In this document: positions 10,885 through 20,322 of the stretch, piece after piece | Layout: every line of letters begins with the position of its first letter | Numbering within the stretch: the first letter of the stretch is position 1 | Assembly: GCA_964291285.2 (NCBI GenBank) | Contig: OZ219785.1 | Location: 32,001-96,000 of the forward strand | Direction of reading: 5' to 3' | Source of the DNA: Alphaproteobacteria bacterium | Lineage (GTDB): Bacteria; Pseudomonadota; Alphaproteobacteria; Bin95 | Length of the DNA: 64,000 bases | Program-made: the position numbers and the translations under genes | The notes under the pieces: model-generated | What the model was told of the DNA's origin: nothing | Databases searched by the model: none | Seen by the model: the letters and a program-made list of their open reading frames with translations, nothing else

Positions 10885-12006
10885 TTATCGCGGGGATGCT
10901 GCCGCGGAAAGCACCATGAACACATAGGCCTTGGCCTGTTCAAGCCGATTTCCGGATATGACCAGCTTTATGTGGTGAATGCCGCGCAACAGCACATAAC
11001 GGCCCGATTTCGCAAAAAGCATTGTCGGCCTGGAAACCCAGTCGGCAAGCGCTGCAAGTTTCCCGGAAACTACAATGTCCTCCTGGCTCAGGGCCTTCAA
11101 AAACGGATCCCAGTCGGTCAGGCCGTCGAGCCAGTAGCGGGAGTCCTTCGTGTATCTCTGCTTGACAATGAGCGTAAGGCCGAGCGTCGGACCGAGACCG
11201 TCTTCGCGCACATCGACATTCACTCCTGTCCTGACAATATTCGCGCGTTCCCGGAAGCGGGCAATCACGGAGCCGACAGCGGAGACCTCGCCCGGCCAAC
11301 CGGTGATTTCAAGATAGGAACACAGGTCCTGCCGCGACTTGAAGCCCATGACCGCCAGGCGGATCGAACGGGAGCGGGACGGGAATACGCCGAATGAATC
11401 CATGCGCGTATCTTCGGGCTGCGCCAGGTACGCCCGTTCGACGGTCTTCCGCTCATTGTCCGTCATCTCCCAGCCAATGCTGGAAAGGAGCGCGTCAACC
11501 ACCATGGCGACGTCACCCGCCTGGCCTGAGGCGCCGACGATCGGGCGTTCGCCGGGCCGCAGGAACATCGCCGGAAGCGGCGTCTCGCCATCCCGCGCCG
11601 GGGCGATGTCATATTCCAGCATCAGCTTGCGGCCGACGATTTCGCGCAAGGGCGAGTCTTCCGCATCCATCTGTCCGAACAGTTGCATGACCGCTCTTGC
11701 GGTCCTGTCCGTCTCGTCGGTCCGTGCGCGCTCCAGGAAAAATGCCGCCGGGCCGGTTCCGCTCGCCAGGGAGACGCCGAAATCCGCCTTCGGCCTCGGT
11801 TCGTGGAGCGGCAGTTCGAAGCCGAACGGAAGGGCGCCCATCGTGACGGGAAGCTTCCGGGCGCATTCGAGTACGAGCTCCCATTCCGGACCTCCGACAA
11901 GCACCGGCGAAACCCTGTTTCGAAAATGCCCGAGCAGGTCGCCCATCGAGCCGCCCTCTTCGGCGAGACGGTCCTGGGTAAGCGTGACGGCTTCGTCGAT
12001 ATCCAT
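10885..12006 (-). CDS. RiPP-associated hypothetical protein, possibly ABBA/aromatic prenyltransferase-like
   Basis: Last gene of the YcaO operon. FGFEL, ADFG, LEYD, IRL, HHIKL and AKAY motifs are reminiscent of PT-barrel proteins (inference). Confidence 0.6.
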   Translation of the reverse strand: MDIDEAVTLTQDRLAEEGGSMGDLLGHFRNRVSPVLVGGPEWELVLECARKLPVTMGALPFGFELPLHEPRPKADFGVSLASGTGPAAFFLERARTDETDRTARAVMQLFGQMDAEDSPLREIVGRKLMLEYDIAPARDGETPLPAMFLRPGERPIVGASGQAGDVAMVVDALLSSIGWEMTDNERKTVERAYLAQPEDTRMDSFGVFPSRSRSIRLAVMGFKSRQDLCSYLEITGWPGEVSAVGSVIARFRERANIVRTGVNVDVREDGLGPTLGLTLIVKQRYTKDSRYWLDGLTDWDPFLKALSQEDIVVSGKLAALADWVSRPTMLFAKSGRYVLLRGIHHIKLVISGNRLEQAKAYVFMVLSAAASPR

Positions 12007-12015
12007 CTTGCCTCC

Positions 12016-14370
12016 TCACAAGATGACAGGGGCGGGATTCAGATCGGCTTCGGCCAGAGGATATGTGCGGCGGCCCATTCCGACAGGCGCGTCATACAGG
12101 CGCCCCGGCGCGAACCTTGCCCAGAAATGGCGCATGCCCGGCACGACGACCCGCACAACGGGCATGCCGATATCGGGCCGGGTCTGATCCAGCACCAGGA
12201 ATTCCATGCCGCTCGCTTCGACGAGCGCACGGCAATGCTCGACATCTTCGCGCGTGTCCGCCGCTTCGACCGCCGGATACTGCGAAGCCTTGCGGAGCGG
12301 CTCGTCCGCCGCCGGCGCCAGCCAGGAGCACTCGGCGAGTCGAGCGGTCCTCCACCACCGGAGCGCCAGCGGATCGTCGATCATGGGCCGGCCGTCGCTC
12401 CTCCCCGGACGCGGCAGCCAGGTAAGGCACTGGTTCAATTCGCAAATCGCGCGCAAGGCCGCCACGCGCGGGTCGGCATGGGCGCCGGCGCTGTAGATGA
12501 TGTCCTCCGTCGGGGCGTCCGGCCTGCGCGAGAGCGCAACGAAGGCGGGAATGCCGAGATCGGAAGTCACGTCGAGCATCCACAGCTCGCGCTCATAGCC
12601 GGCGTAGCGGCCCGCGGCCGATGCGAGATAGTCGTCGTCGAAGCTGGAAAGATCGACCGCCGGCACCCGCAGACGGTTGTACCACCAGATGGCGAAGGCG
12701 TCCCGCTCCGCCAGTTCGTAGAAGCCCTGCAGGATCGCCTCTTCCAGGGTGTTGCCGGCGGCGCAGCCGTTGGAGTCGGCGATCGGGTCCACCGGGCCGC
12801 GCAGTTCGGGCGGCATGCTGTAGAGCATCGATGTCGGCAGATAGCGGTGGCGCTGCTGCGTCAGCGACCACACCGGAGTCCAGTCGATTTCGGCTTCGGG
12901 GTCGAGGCGCGGCGGCACGATATTGTAGGGATGTCCTTTCGCGTTAATGCTTCCCGCGTTGTCCAGTTGACTGTCGCTGAACAGCTGCACCGCGTTCGGA
13001 TGGACTGCCTCGTCTTCCATGGCGAAGTCGATGAAGCGCCTGCGGCGGCGGATCTCATCTCCGGCCCAGGCGCCCGAATGGCGTTCGATCGCTTCGCAGA
13101 GGGCGCTGACCTCGGACTGCTCTCTTGTGCTGCCCTTGCCGGCGCTCTTGCTGCGCAGGCTGCGCCTGAGCGAACTCAGGCTCCGGCTTCTCATGCCGTG
13201 GTTGCTGCCGGCCCAATAGACATGCAGCCAGGGGTCGGTCTCATCGGTCGTGCGCTTGAGCCAGGTCACGACGCCGCTCACCGGGCTGACAAGGTGGCGG
13301 TATTTCGCCAGGGTCGCTTCCGGCGCTGCACTGCGCGCGCCGCCGCTGTTGCGATGGGTTTTGGGACTTGCCTTCAGAGACAGCGGAACCGGTGGCCGAT
13401 CCGGGCGATGCAACGCTTCCTCACCGCAGGCAAGGCATTGCGGCCGGCGCATGACCCGGTGCTGCGAGCTTGCGAATGTGCCGGTATTCATCGCGACTGC
13501 GTGGTCGTGAATCGGGGCCGCCTCGTCCAGAACCAGCCATTTGACGATCTCGGCCGCGATCAGCCCGTACAGCCCTTCCAGAACTGCGGGCTCGGCCGCG
13601 AACGGCTTGAACGCAGCCTCTTCGCCCGCAAAGTTGCGCAGGAAACTGTGGACCTCCTTGTGGCCGCGCAGGCGCTGCGCCAGACAGGCCCAGCAGGGTC
13701 CCTGCCTGTCCGCGCGAAAGACGGGGCCGAACAGCGCCTCCATGCCTCGAGGCCGCAGCAGCGTCCACGCCGCTCCCGCCTCGAGCCGGCGTCGATTCAC
13801 GTCTTCAAGGCGCGCTTCGAGATAGTCGTCGCAGACGATGACGGTGAGTTCGGGCCCGTCAGCCCCGACACCGGCGCCGGCCTCTTCCAGACGCCGGATC
13901 AGCCGGCCGTCGTCTCCTTCCACCGCGATGCGCGACGCCGCCAGCCGTTGCTCCGCCCAGCGGGGCGAGGCGCCGAGCGACGACCAGTAGGCCGCCCGGT
14001 ATCGGTCCATGCCATGATCGCCGGAGACGACATAACCCCTGGCGGAAAGCGAGCCGACCGCCGCGACAATATCGGCGGCGGTGTGGACGCCCTCAAGGGC
14101 GGCGGCGATCTCGTCCTGCGGGCGCCGGCCGTCGAGCAGCGGCAGCAGATCGCAATAAAGCCTGCCGTGCAACAGGGTATTGAACGACTCGGAAACCAGA
14201 AGCGCCTGTTGTTCGCCGATTTCGTGGAACTGCAGGTGCGGGGCAAGCGCGGGAAGCCTGACGGCGCCCCGGTCCGCAGGAGTCGTTCTGGTCAATATCC
14301 CCTGCCGGGGATTCCTGCCTGTCTGCGCTGGCATCCAGGATTTCCGCTCCCGACCGGTCGGCGCCTTCAT
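12016..14370 (-). CDS. fused E1-like/YcaO cyclodehydratase (TOMM type)
   Basis: GPCWACL, RRPQC, SAGKG, CEAIER, SNGCAAG, ELAERDA, VVVPGMRHF and Pro-rich C-terminus NPAPVIL. ATGA overlap with the upstream gene. Confidence 0.95.
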   Translation of the reverse strand: MKAPTGRERKSWMPAQTGRNPRQGILTRTTPADRGAVRLPALAPHLQFHEIGEQQALLVSESFNTLLHGRLYCDLLPLLDGRRPQDEIAAALEGVHTAADIVAAVGSLSARGYVVSGDHGMDRYRAAYWSSLGASPRWAEQRLAASRIAVEGDDGRLIRRLEEAGAGVGADGPELTVIVCDDYLEARLEDVNRRRLEAGAAWTLLRPRGMEALFGPVFRADRQGPCWACLAQRLRGHKEVHSFLRNFAGEEAAFKPFAAEPAVLEGLYGLIAAEIVKWLVLDEAAPIHDHAVAMNTGTFASSQHRVMRRPQCLACGEEALHRPDRPPVPLSLKASPKTHRNSGGARSAAPEATLAKYRHLVSPVSGVVTWLKRTTDETDPWLHVYWAGSNHGMRSRSLSSLRRSLRSKSAGKGSTREQSEVSALCEAIERHSGAWAGDEIRRRRRFIDFAMEDEAVHPNAVQLFSDSQLDNAGSINAKGHPYNIVPPRLDPEAEIDWTPVWSLTQQRHRYLPTSMLYSMPPELRGPVDPIADSNGCAAGNTLEEAILQGFYELAERDAFAIWWYNRLRVPAVDLSSFDDDYLASAAGRYAGYERELWMLDVTSDLGIPAFVALSRRPDAPTEDIIYSAGAHADPRVAALRAICELNQCLTWLPRPGRSDGRPMIDDPLALRWWRTARLAECSWLAPAADEPLRKASQYPAVEAADTREDVEHCRALVEASGMEFLVLDQTRPDIGMPVVRVVVPGMRHFWARFAPGRLYDAPVGMGRRTYPLAEADLNPAPVIL

Positions 14371-16763
14371 GCACCCGAATGGAGCGTATCGATCCCGGCG
14401 GCAGCGCGGGAGGCGGTTTCGGCCGCCGCCGCGGCCAGCGTATCGAAATCCTCGTGCCCGCAAGCACCGGCAACGAGGGACCTGACCTTCTGCCCCGCCG
14501 CGGCTGCGTCAAATCCGTCCTCGCCGACAAGGCATGTGATGCCCTGCAAATCCCGCCACATGGCCGCGGCCTGCGCCAGCGGCTCGGCGCCGGCGGCATC
14601 GAGCACCGCTGCAGCACTCGGGGCCGGATCGTCGAGGCTTGGTGCGGCCTGCGTCAGCTGCAGGACCCGCGCGGCCCTCTCGACGTCCTCCAGCCCGCCG
14701 CGCATCCGGGCATATGCGGACAGGCCCGTTTCGTCGGGACGCCCCACCGGCTCGCGCAATCCGGCGATCAGAGATTCGTTCGAGCCGCATTCGGCCAGCA
14801 GCCGGCGCTGCGCCTCGGCGAAGCGGCGGCCGATTTCGGCATCGCCGCACTCGAAGATGCAGCGCGCCCTGGTGAGGACGGGAATTTCGCCGACGGCAGG
14901 ACTCCCGTAGCGCTCCGCCAGATCGGAAAGCGGCAGCGCATGAAGGGAGTCGAAGCCGGGCGGAATCGGCGAGAACAACAGGCTGTCCTTCGCCAGCTCG
15001 GTCACGGCCTTCCGGAAACCCCGGCACAGACGTTCGTTTTCTCCGAACTTCCAGCTGTCATTGACAAACAGCATGTCGACCGCAACGCCGGGATAAACGT
15101 CCCGGCTGGCGAGATCGCCCAGAAAAACGGCAGCGACGCCGCCCGCGCGCAACGGTCCGGACCGGTCGACAAAATCCGCGACCACGGCTGCAAGCACGGT
15201 TGAAATCGACGCTTCGGCAAGATTGGACAGCGCCGTTCTCGCCTCGCTTGGAGACAGATTCCCGCGCACGACATGCATGCCGATCTGGAACGCCTTGTCG
15301 TTCGACCAGTTCCGCACGATCTCCGCCGACTCCCCTGCATCGGCCGCCGGCAATTCGGCGATCAGCTCCTTCATTTCCTGGACGCCCATTTCGCGCGTCC
15401 AGTAGAGCCTCGTGAGCCCGCGCCGCGCGACCGCCTCATATCGCTCGTCGGGCCCGAACCCTTTCGGCAGGTCGAGATCGGTGAACTCCCGGTCCTGCAG
15501 GTTGTCGAGGAGCTCCGAATGGCGTTCGATCCATGCGGCGAGCCGCGGGGCGGCGCCGAAGATTTCGACTATCGCATCGAAGGCGTCCGGCCGCGCCGCG
15601 GAAACCGCGCTGTCATAGGCGCTCCAGTCATCGATATCGGGATAGAAATGCCTGCGCCATTCATCCACCAGCGGGTCCATCTTGGCAAACCAGCGCTTCG
15701 GCCGCAGCACCATGTTCATCATGTCGCCATAGGTTCCCGGCAATTCCGGCGATTCATCAGAACCGCGAACCTGCAACAGCGGATAGTGCCGCGCGGCCAT
15801 GGCGTGATGATCCGCGTGGCGCTGCATGTTGAAGAACATCCAGTTGCTGAACTTCCAGTCGGCGCTCCAGGAGTGGCGCGGCATCGCCTTTTCCCAACGG
15901 CCGTTCGGCAGCCGGACCCGGCGCAGACCGTAGTGCTGGAAGTAGTTGCTGATCTTCATGGAGAAGACGCAACACAGGCCGAGAAAGGCGAAAACCGGCA
16001 CTGCCCAGATTCCGCCCATCCAGAACACGATTCCATACCAGAACCCGACAGTTATGCCATAGCGCCAGAACGGGTTGCTGTAATGCCAAATGGAAAGTTG
16101 GCGTCGGGCCAGCCGTTCGCCCACAACTTTCCAGGAATTGGCGAGGTTGCTCACAACTTCCTTCGGGAAATACTTCCAGAAACTTTCGCCCTTCGGCGCG
16201 GACCCCACATCATGCGGCGTGCCCACCATGGCATGGTGTACATATACATGCTCCGTCGCATATTGCGGGTAGGACGCCGAGGAAAGCAGAAATTCTCCAA
16301 GCCGGCGTTCCCAGACAGCGCGCCGGTGAACAAGTTCGTGTCCGACCACAAATACCGCTTGTGCCTCCATGGTCAAAATGATCGCCAGCAACACGCATTC
16401 CCAGATTGCCAATTGATCTGCGACAAGGATTTGCCACATGCCGAAAATGAGAACCGGCGGCCAGAGAACCGCCCAGATCCAGACCGGGAGATTATGCCAT
16501 AGCAGATGGCGTTCCGATGTTTTTGACGGATCCATACTGCGTCCGTCGCGACCCAGAGCCCGATCGAGCGGTCCTGCAACGCTCATGAAAAGAAATGCGG
16601 GCAACAACCACCAGCCGCCATAGACCGCAGCCAAAATAATCAACGGGAAAATACCCAATGGCAGGTAATGCGGAAGGGCGTTGAGGATCGACGGTTCGAT
16701 CTGTCGCGCCAAGGCGGCCCCGCCGGGGCCCGAGCTCACATCTGCGGAGGCATCCTGCGGCAT
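14367..16763 (-). CDS. AlkB/desaturase-type membrane di-iron oxygenase fused to a GlnE-like nucleotidyltransferase-fold domain
   Basis: His boxes HELVH, EHVYVHH, NYFQHYG, QRHADHH. The C-terminal half has GlnE-like LSNLAE, LTRARCI and GGLEDVE segments. Confidence 0.82.
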   Translation of the reverse strand: MPQDASADVSSGPGGAALARQIEPSILNALPHYLPLGIFPLIILAAVYGGWWLLPAFLFMSVAGPLDRALGRDGRSMDPSKTSERHLLWHNLPVWIWAVLWPPVLIFGMWQILVADQLAIWECVLLAIILTMEAQAVFVVGHELVHRRAVWERRLGEFLLSSASYPQYATEHVYVHHAMVGTPHDVGSAPKGESFWKYFPKEVVSNLANSWKVVGERLARRQLSIWHYSNPFWRYGITVGFWYGIVFWMGGIWAVPVFAFLGLCCVFSMKISNYFQHYGLRRVRLPNGRWEKAMPRHSWSADWKFSNWMFFNMQRHADHHAMAARHYPLLQVRGSDESPELPGTYGDMMNMVLRPKRWFAKMDPLVDEWRRHFYPDIDDWSAYDSAVSAARPDAFDAIVEIFGAAPRLAAWIERHSELLDNLQDREFTDLDLPKGFGPDERYEAVARRGLTRLYWTREMGVQEMKELIAELPAADAGESAEIVRNWSNDKAFQIGMHVVRGNLSPSEARTALSNLAEASISTVLAAVVADFVDRSGPLRAGGVAAVFLGDLASRDVYPGVAVDMLFVNDSWKFGENERLCRGFRKAVTELAKDSLLFSPIPPGFDSLHALPLSDLAERYGSPAVGEIPVLTRARCIFECGDAEIGRRFAEAQRRLLAECGSNESLIAGLREPVGRPDETGLSAYARMRGGLEDVERAARVLQLTQAAPSLDDPAPSAAAVLDAAGAEPLAQAAAMWRDLQGITCLVGEDGFDAAAAGQKVRSLVAGACGHEDFDTLAAAAAETASRAAAGIDTLHSGA

Positions 16764-16839
16764 GGCGGCTTCCCTAGCGAACCAAGGCTCCCTTGCATAC
16801 CGGTTTATATACCATCGGGCAGGACAAACCGCAAATGCC

Positions 16840-18141
16840 TCAGGCGTTCAAGACCTTGAGGAGGCATTCCAGAGCCTCGATGCAAAACGCAGAGGTCACG
16901 GCTTCGGAGCCGTGTCCTATCTGCCCTACGGTCCCCCACTTCAGCGACTGGTCTCCGAACGCCAGGAGTTCCTGCCAGCTACCGTCATCCCGTTGCGAAT
17001 TTGCGAATCTTTCCAACTGGCGTTTTCCGTCGATACGTTCAAGGCTTCCAATATTGTAAAGCGCCGACACTGCCTGCGCCGCCTGAAGAATATTGACAAA
17101 CTCTCCTTTATCGTCGCGCAAACCCAGAATGCGTTCAGCAAGAATCGGGCGTAATTTGTTGAGGGCAGGCCGCGTGCGAGCCACCGCACGCGCGGTTGCA
17201 TAGTAGATCGCCACTTCGTCGGGATACCATTTGGACGAATCCTCGACCCGGCCTTCGGTAATCAATGTTTCCAGCCATCGTTGAGCGTCCCTTGTTTCAG
17301 GGCGGTCACCCAGATAGGCAATGACATTCGCATTGACGACAGGATCGGCTTCGAGGCGGAAACGCGACACAACGTCAGGTTCGTCGCCGGCCAGAACCCA
17401 AGTCATGAAACGACCGTGCTCGTCTCGGTTTTCCAATATCCCGGGCACGTTTCTTTCCAGAAGAATCCAGGGATGATCTTCGATGACAAGCGAACAGAGT
17501 GTCGTGCTGTCCAGATCCTGGGGCAGATGGCGGTAGTAGCGCCACAATCCGGGATATTCGATGGTGTCGCCGATATAGGCCTTGGCGGCATTGTACAGGG
17601 CCCTGGCCCGCGCATCGCCGCAACGCGCCAGGGCAAGCGCGTAGAAAGCCGAAACGAAGGGAGGTCTCTCGAAATGCCGCGGAATATCCGGGTTGGCCGT
17701 GTTGAACCGGATGCAGTGCCAGGCCCCGTTTTCGTCGATAGCGGATTCCAGGAAGGCGAGACCGCGGCGGATGCTTTCTCTGCCCGCGGCGGCCAGCGCC
17801 TCGGGGCCGGCGGCGCCTGTTCCGGCCCGCGCCCCTTCGGGCAGGGGGGGACGGCGCGGCGGCGCGGGGTCGTGAAGCGTCCTGCGAAGAAAAGCGAGCG
17901 AAGTCGCGCCGGTTCTCGCTTCCTCCCGCTCGGCCGCGGTGAATTTGCCGCGCGGCGGCAGGACGAGATGCGTCGCCGCGTAGGTTTCCTCATGCACATG
18001 AATTTCATGGCCCTCGGCCGGCGTCACGCCGAGTTCTTCTTCGATGGTCTTTCTGGGGTCAGCGAGAAGGCGGGCGCGCAAACCGTGGTCGTCGCCGGCC
18101 CGCGACATGAGGTGTTCCACCGCGTCAACGGGCTTCTTCAT
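16840..18141 (-). CDS. NHLP leader domain fused to a prenyltransferase/squalene-cyclase-like alpha-alpha barrel
   Basis: N-terminal LRARLLADPRKTIEEELG..HVHEE..HLVLPP. Then IRRGLAFL, GLWRYY, PQDLDST, DPVVNANV, QRDDGSW and SEAVTSAF. Confidence 0.75.
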   Translation of the reverse strand: MKKPVDAVEHLMSRAGDDHGLRARLLADPRKTIEEELGVTPAEGHEIHVHEETYAATHLVLPPRGKFTAAEREEARTGATSLAFLRRTLHDPAPPRRPPLPEGARAGTGAAGPEALAAAGRESIRRGLAFLESAIDENGAWHCIRFNTANPDIPRHFERPPFVSAFYALALARCGDARARALYNAAKAYIGDTIEYPGLWRYYRHLPQDLDSTTLCSLVIEDHPWILLERNVPGILENRDEHGRFMTWVLAGDEPDVVSRFRLEADPVVNANVIAYLGDRPETRDAQRWLETLITEGRVEDSSKWYPDEVAIYYATARAVARTRPALNKLRPILAERILGLRDDKGEFVNILQAAQAVSALYNIGSLERIDGKRQLERFANSQRDDGSWQELLAFGDQSLKWGTVGQIGHGSEAVTSAFCIEALECLLKVLNA

Positions 18142-18181
18142 CGATGCATTCCATGCTTGCCGACCCTGCAATCTTCCCCTG

Positions 18182-20135
18182 TCAGGCGATTTGCCGCCTG
18201 ACCAGCTCCCTGAATACCCCGTCGACCTCCATGAGCTCGTTGAAGGAGCCGCTTTGCACGATCTTCCCGGCCTGCAGCACATAGATGCGGTCGGCCTGCT
18301 CCAGGGTCGATAGGCGGTGGGCGATGACAATCCGGGTGGAGGTAAGCGCGGTGAGGTTTTGCATCACCCGGGCCTGGCTTTCGTTGTCCAGCCAGTTGGT
18401 GGCCTCGTCGAACAGCATTACCCGCGGGCTGCCGATAACCGAACGGGCGATCGTGATGCGCTGCCCCTCGCCGCCTGACAGGACGGTCCCGCTGGTGCCA
18501 ACCATGGTCATCATGCCCATGGGCATGCCCCTGATCTGGTCCTCCACTTCGGCGACCCGGACCGCTGACCACACTTCGTCGTTCGTCACGTCCTCGCGAT
18601 GGCTGACCAGGTTGTCCCAGAGGTCATGGGGGTGGAGGCCGACCGATTGCGGCACGGCGCCGATTTTCCGGCGCAGTTGCTTCAGGTTCAGATGCCTGAG
18701 ATCGCGTCCGTCGTAATACACCGCACCGGCGGTCGGCCTGTCGACTCCAAGGGCAAGCCGGAACAGGGTGCTCTTGCCCGAGCCGGACTCGCCGGCAATC
18801 GCGATGAAATCGCCGGCACGGGCATGGATCGTGACATCGTCGAGAACCAGCGGGCCGTCCGGGTCGTAGCGGAAGGAAATGCGATCGAACAGGACGTCGC
18901 CGCCCAGATATTCGACCGGCTCCCCTTCCACCTCCGTATCGGGAATTGCGGCCAGCAGGGGGCGCATCTGATCGAACGCCGGGAGCATGGCGGCCATGGC
19001 GCTGAAAGACTCCCCGAGCCGGCCGACCGCGGACTGGAAGGCGATGAAGACGGTGTAAACGACGAGAAAATCGCCGATCGGAAGGGTCCGGTCACCCACC
19101 GTGGCCACAGCGAAGAGCAATACCCCGCCGGCAAGAAAGGGGAGCGCGGCGCCGAACGCCCGCGAATGCGCCTCAAGCGCATCCAGCTCGATCTCCGCGC
19201 GTTTCTGCACGCGATAGTCCCGCGCCCAGATAGCGAAGGCCGACCCTTCCGCGTTTTCCACGCGCAGCTTGGCGATACCGCCCACGATCTGGAACAGCCG
19301 CCCGGATACGCGACGCGCTGCGTCGATCATCCGCCCGTAAGGCGAGACCTGGCGCAACCCAAGGACTGTCGCGACCAGCAGCGAAGCCAGGCTGAAGACG
19401 AGGGCGATGATGCCGAGTGCGGCATCGTAGAAGAAGATGACAGCAAAGACCGGCAGCAGAAAAACGATCGACAACAGGCTGTCGGCCACGACTCCCTGTA
19501 CGCCGTCCCGGAGATTCTGGAACGTCATGCCCGACATGGCCAGATCGCCGGCCGGACGGCGGTGCAGCACGCCTGGCGGGAGGCGCATGAGGCGGTCCCA
19601 GAAAGCAGCTTCGACCCGCGACGCCGAGCGTCCCTCAAGGCGCATCATTGCCGAGCTTTGAAGCAGGTGCAGCAACGCGCCGAGCAAGCCGAACCCCGCG
19701 ACCGCCAGGGCCACGATGTAGAGCACTGCGGCGCTTCCGCCCGCCGCTATGTGATTCGCGGCGAAACCGAGCGCAATTGCCGGCAGCAGCTTGATCAGGC
19801 CGCCCGGAAGCCCGGCAGCCACCAGCCGCGCCAGATCCCCGGCCGATCCATGCAGGGCGATTTTCAGCAGGTCTGCCGGTTTCACGTTCCCCGACGGCAA
19901 CGGCCGGTAGAACATCCAGGCTTCCTCGGCCAGCGCGCCGGCGCGCTCCGCCGTCATCCGGACACTGCGCTTGCTGACCGGGTCCACTTCCCGGTAGCGC
20001 CCGAACATTCCCGGCAGCAGCGCTACGGGCTGGCCGTCCTCGGCGCGGAAGCCCAGCATCGCGTTGCTGTCGCCCCGCCACCAGTCTCCCTCGCCCTTGA
20101 ACCGCACGCGCCGGGCGCGCACACCCGACGCATCC
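18182..20135 (-). pseudogene. NHLM/NHLP bacteriocin-system ABC transporter, 5'-truncated
   Basis: TM domain, GESGSGKST, LSGG, FDEAT. Recognisable sequence begins abruptly at DASGVRARRV, with no RBS and no N-terminal domains. Confidence 0.82.
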
Positions 20136-20146
20136 TTGATGCAAAG
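20120..20146 (-). other. MOBF oriT/nic-like site (copy A) at the ABC-gene breakpoint
   Basis: Minus strand CTTTGCATCAAGGATGCGTCGGGTGT^G. 24 of 27 positions identical to 31191-31217. Confidence 0.65.
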
Positions 20147-20322
20147 AGCGAGGCCCGGCCGGCCTGCATCGGTCGGCAGTTTTCCGTTGCGTGACAGACG
20201 GTTGGGCCTGACCCGGCCTCTGACCGCGGTTTCGCGCGCGGGTCGCGTTGTCCGTTCAAGAGCGCCGTTCCGTTCCCCCGGGACGGACGGCGCCCGAGGG
20301 AACAGACAACGGAGACACGCCC

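Noticed and set aside
11683-14910. Long antisense ORFs (1075 aa here; also 37558-41199, 42838-46230, 55635-58247)
   Set aside because: Shadows of real genes on the opposite strand in high-GC DNA, with no recognisable motifs.
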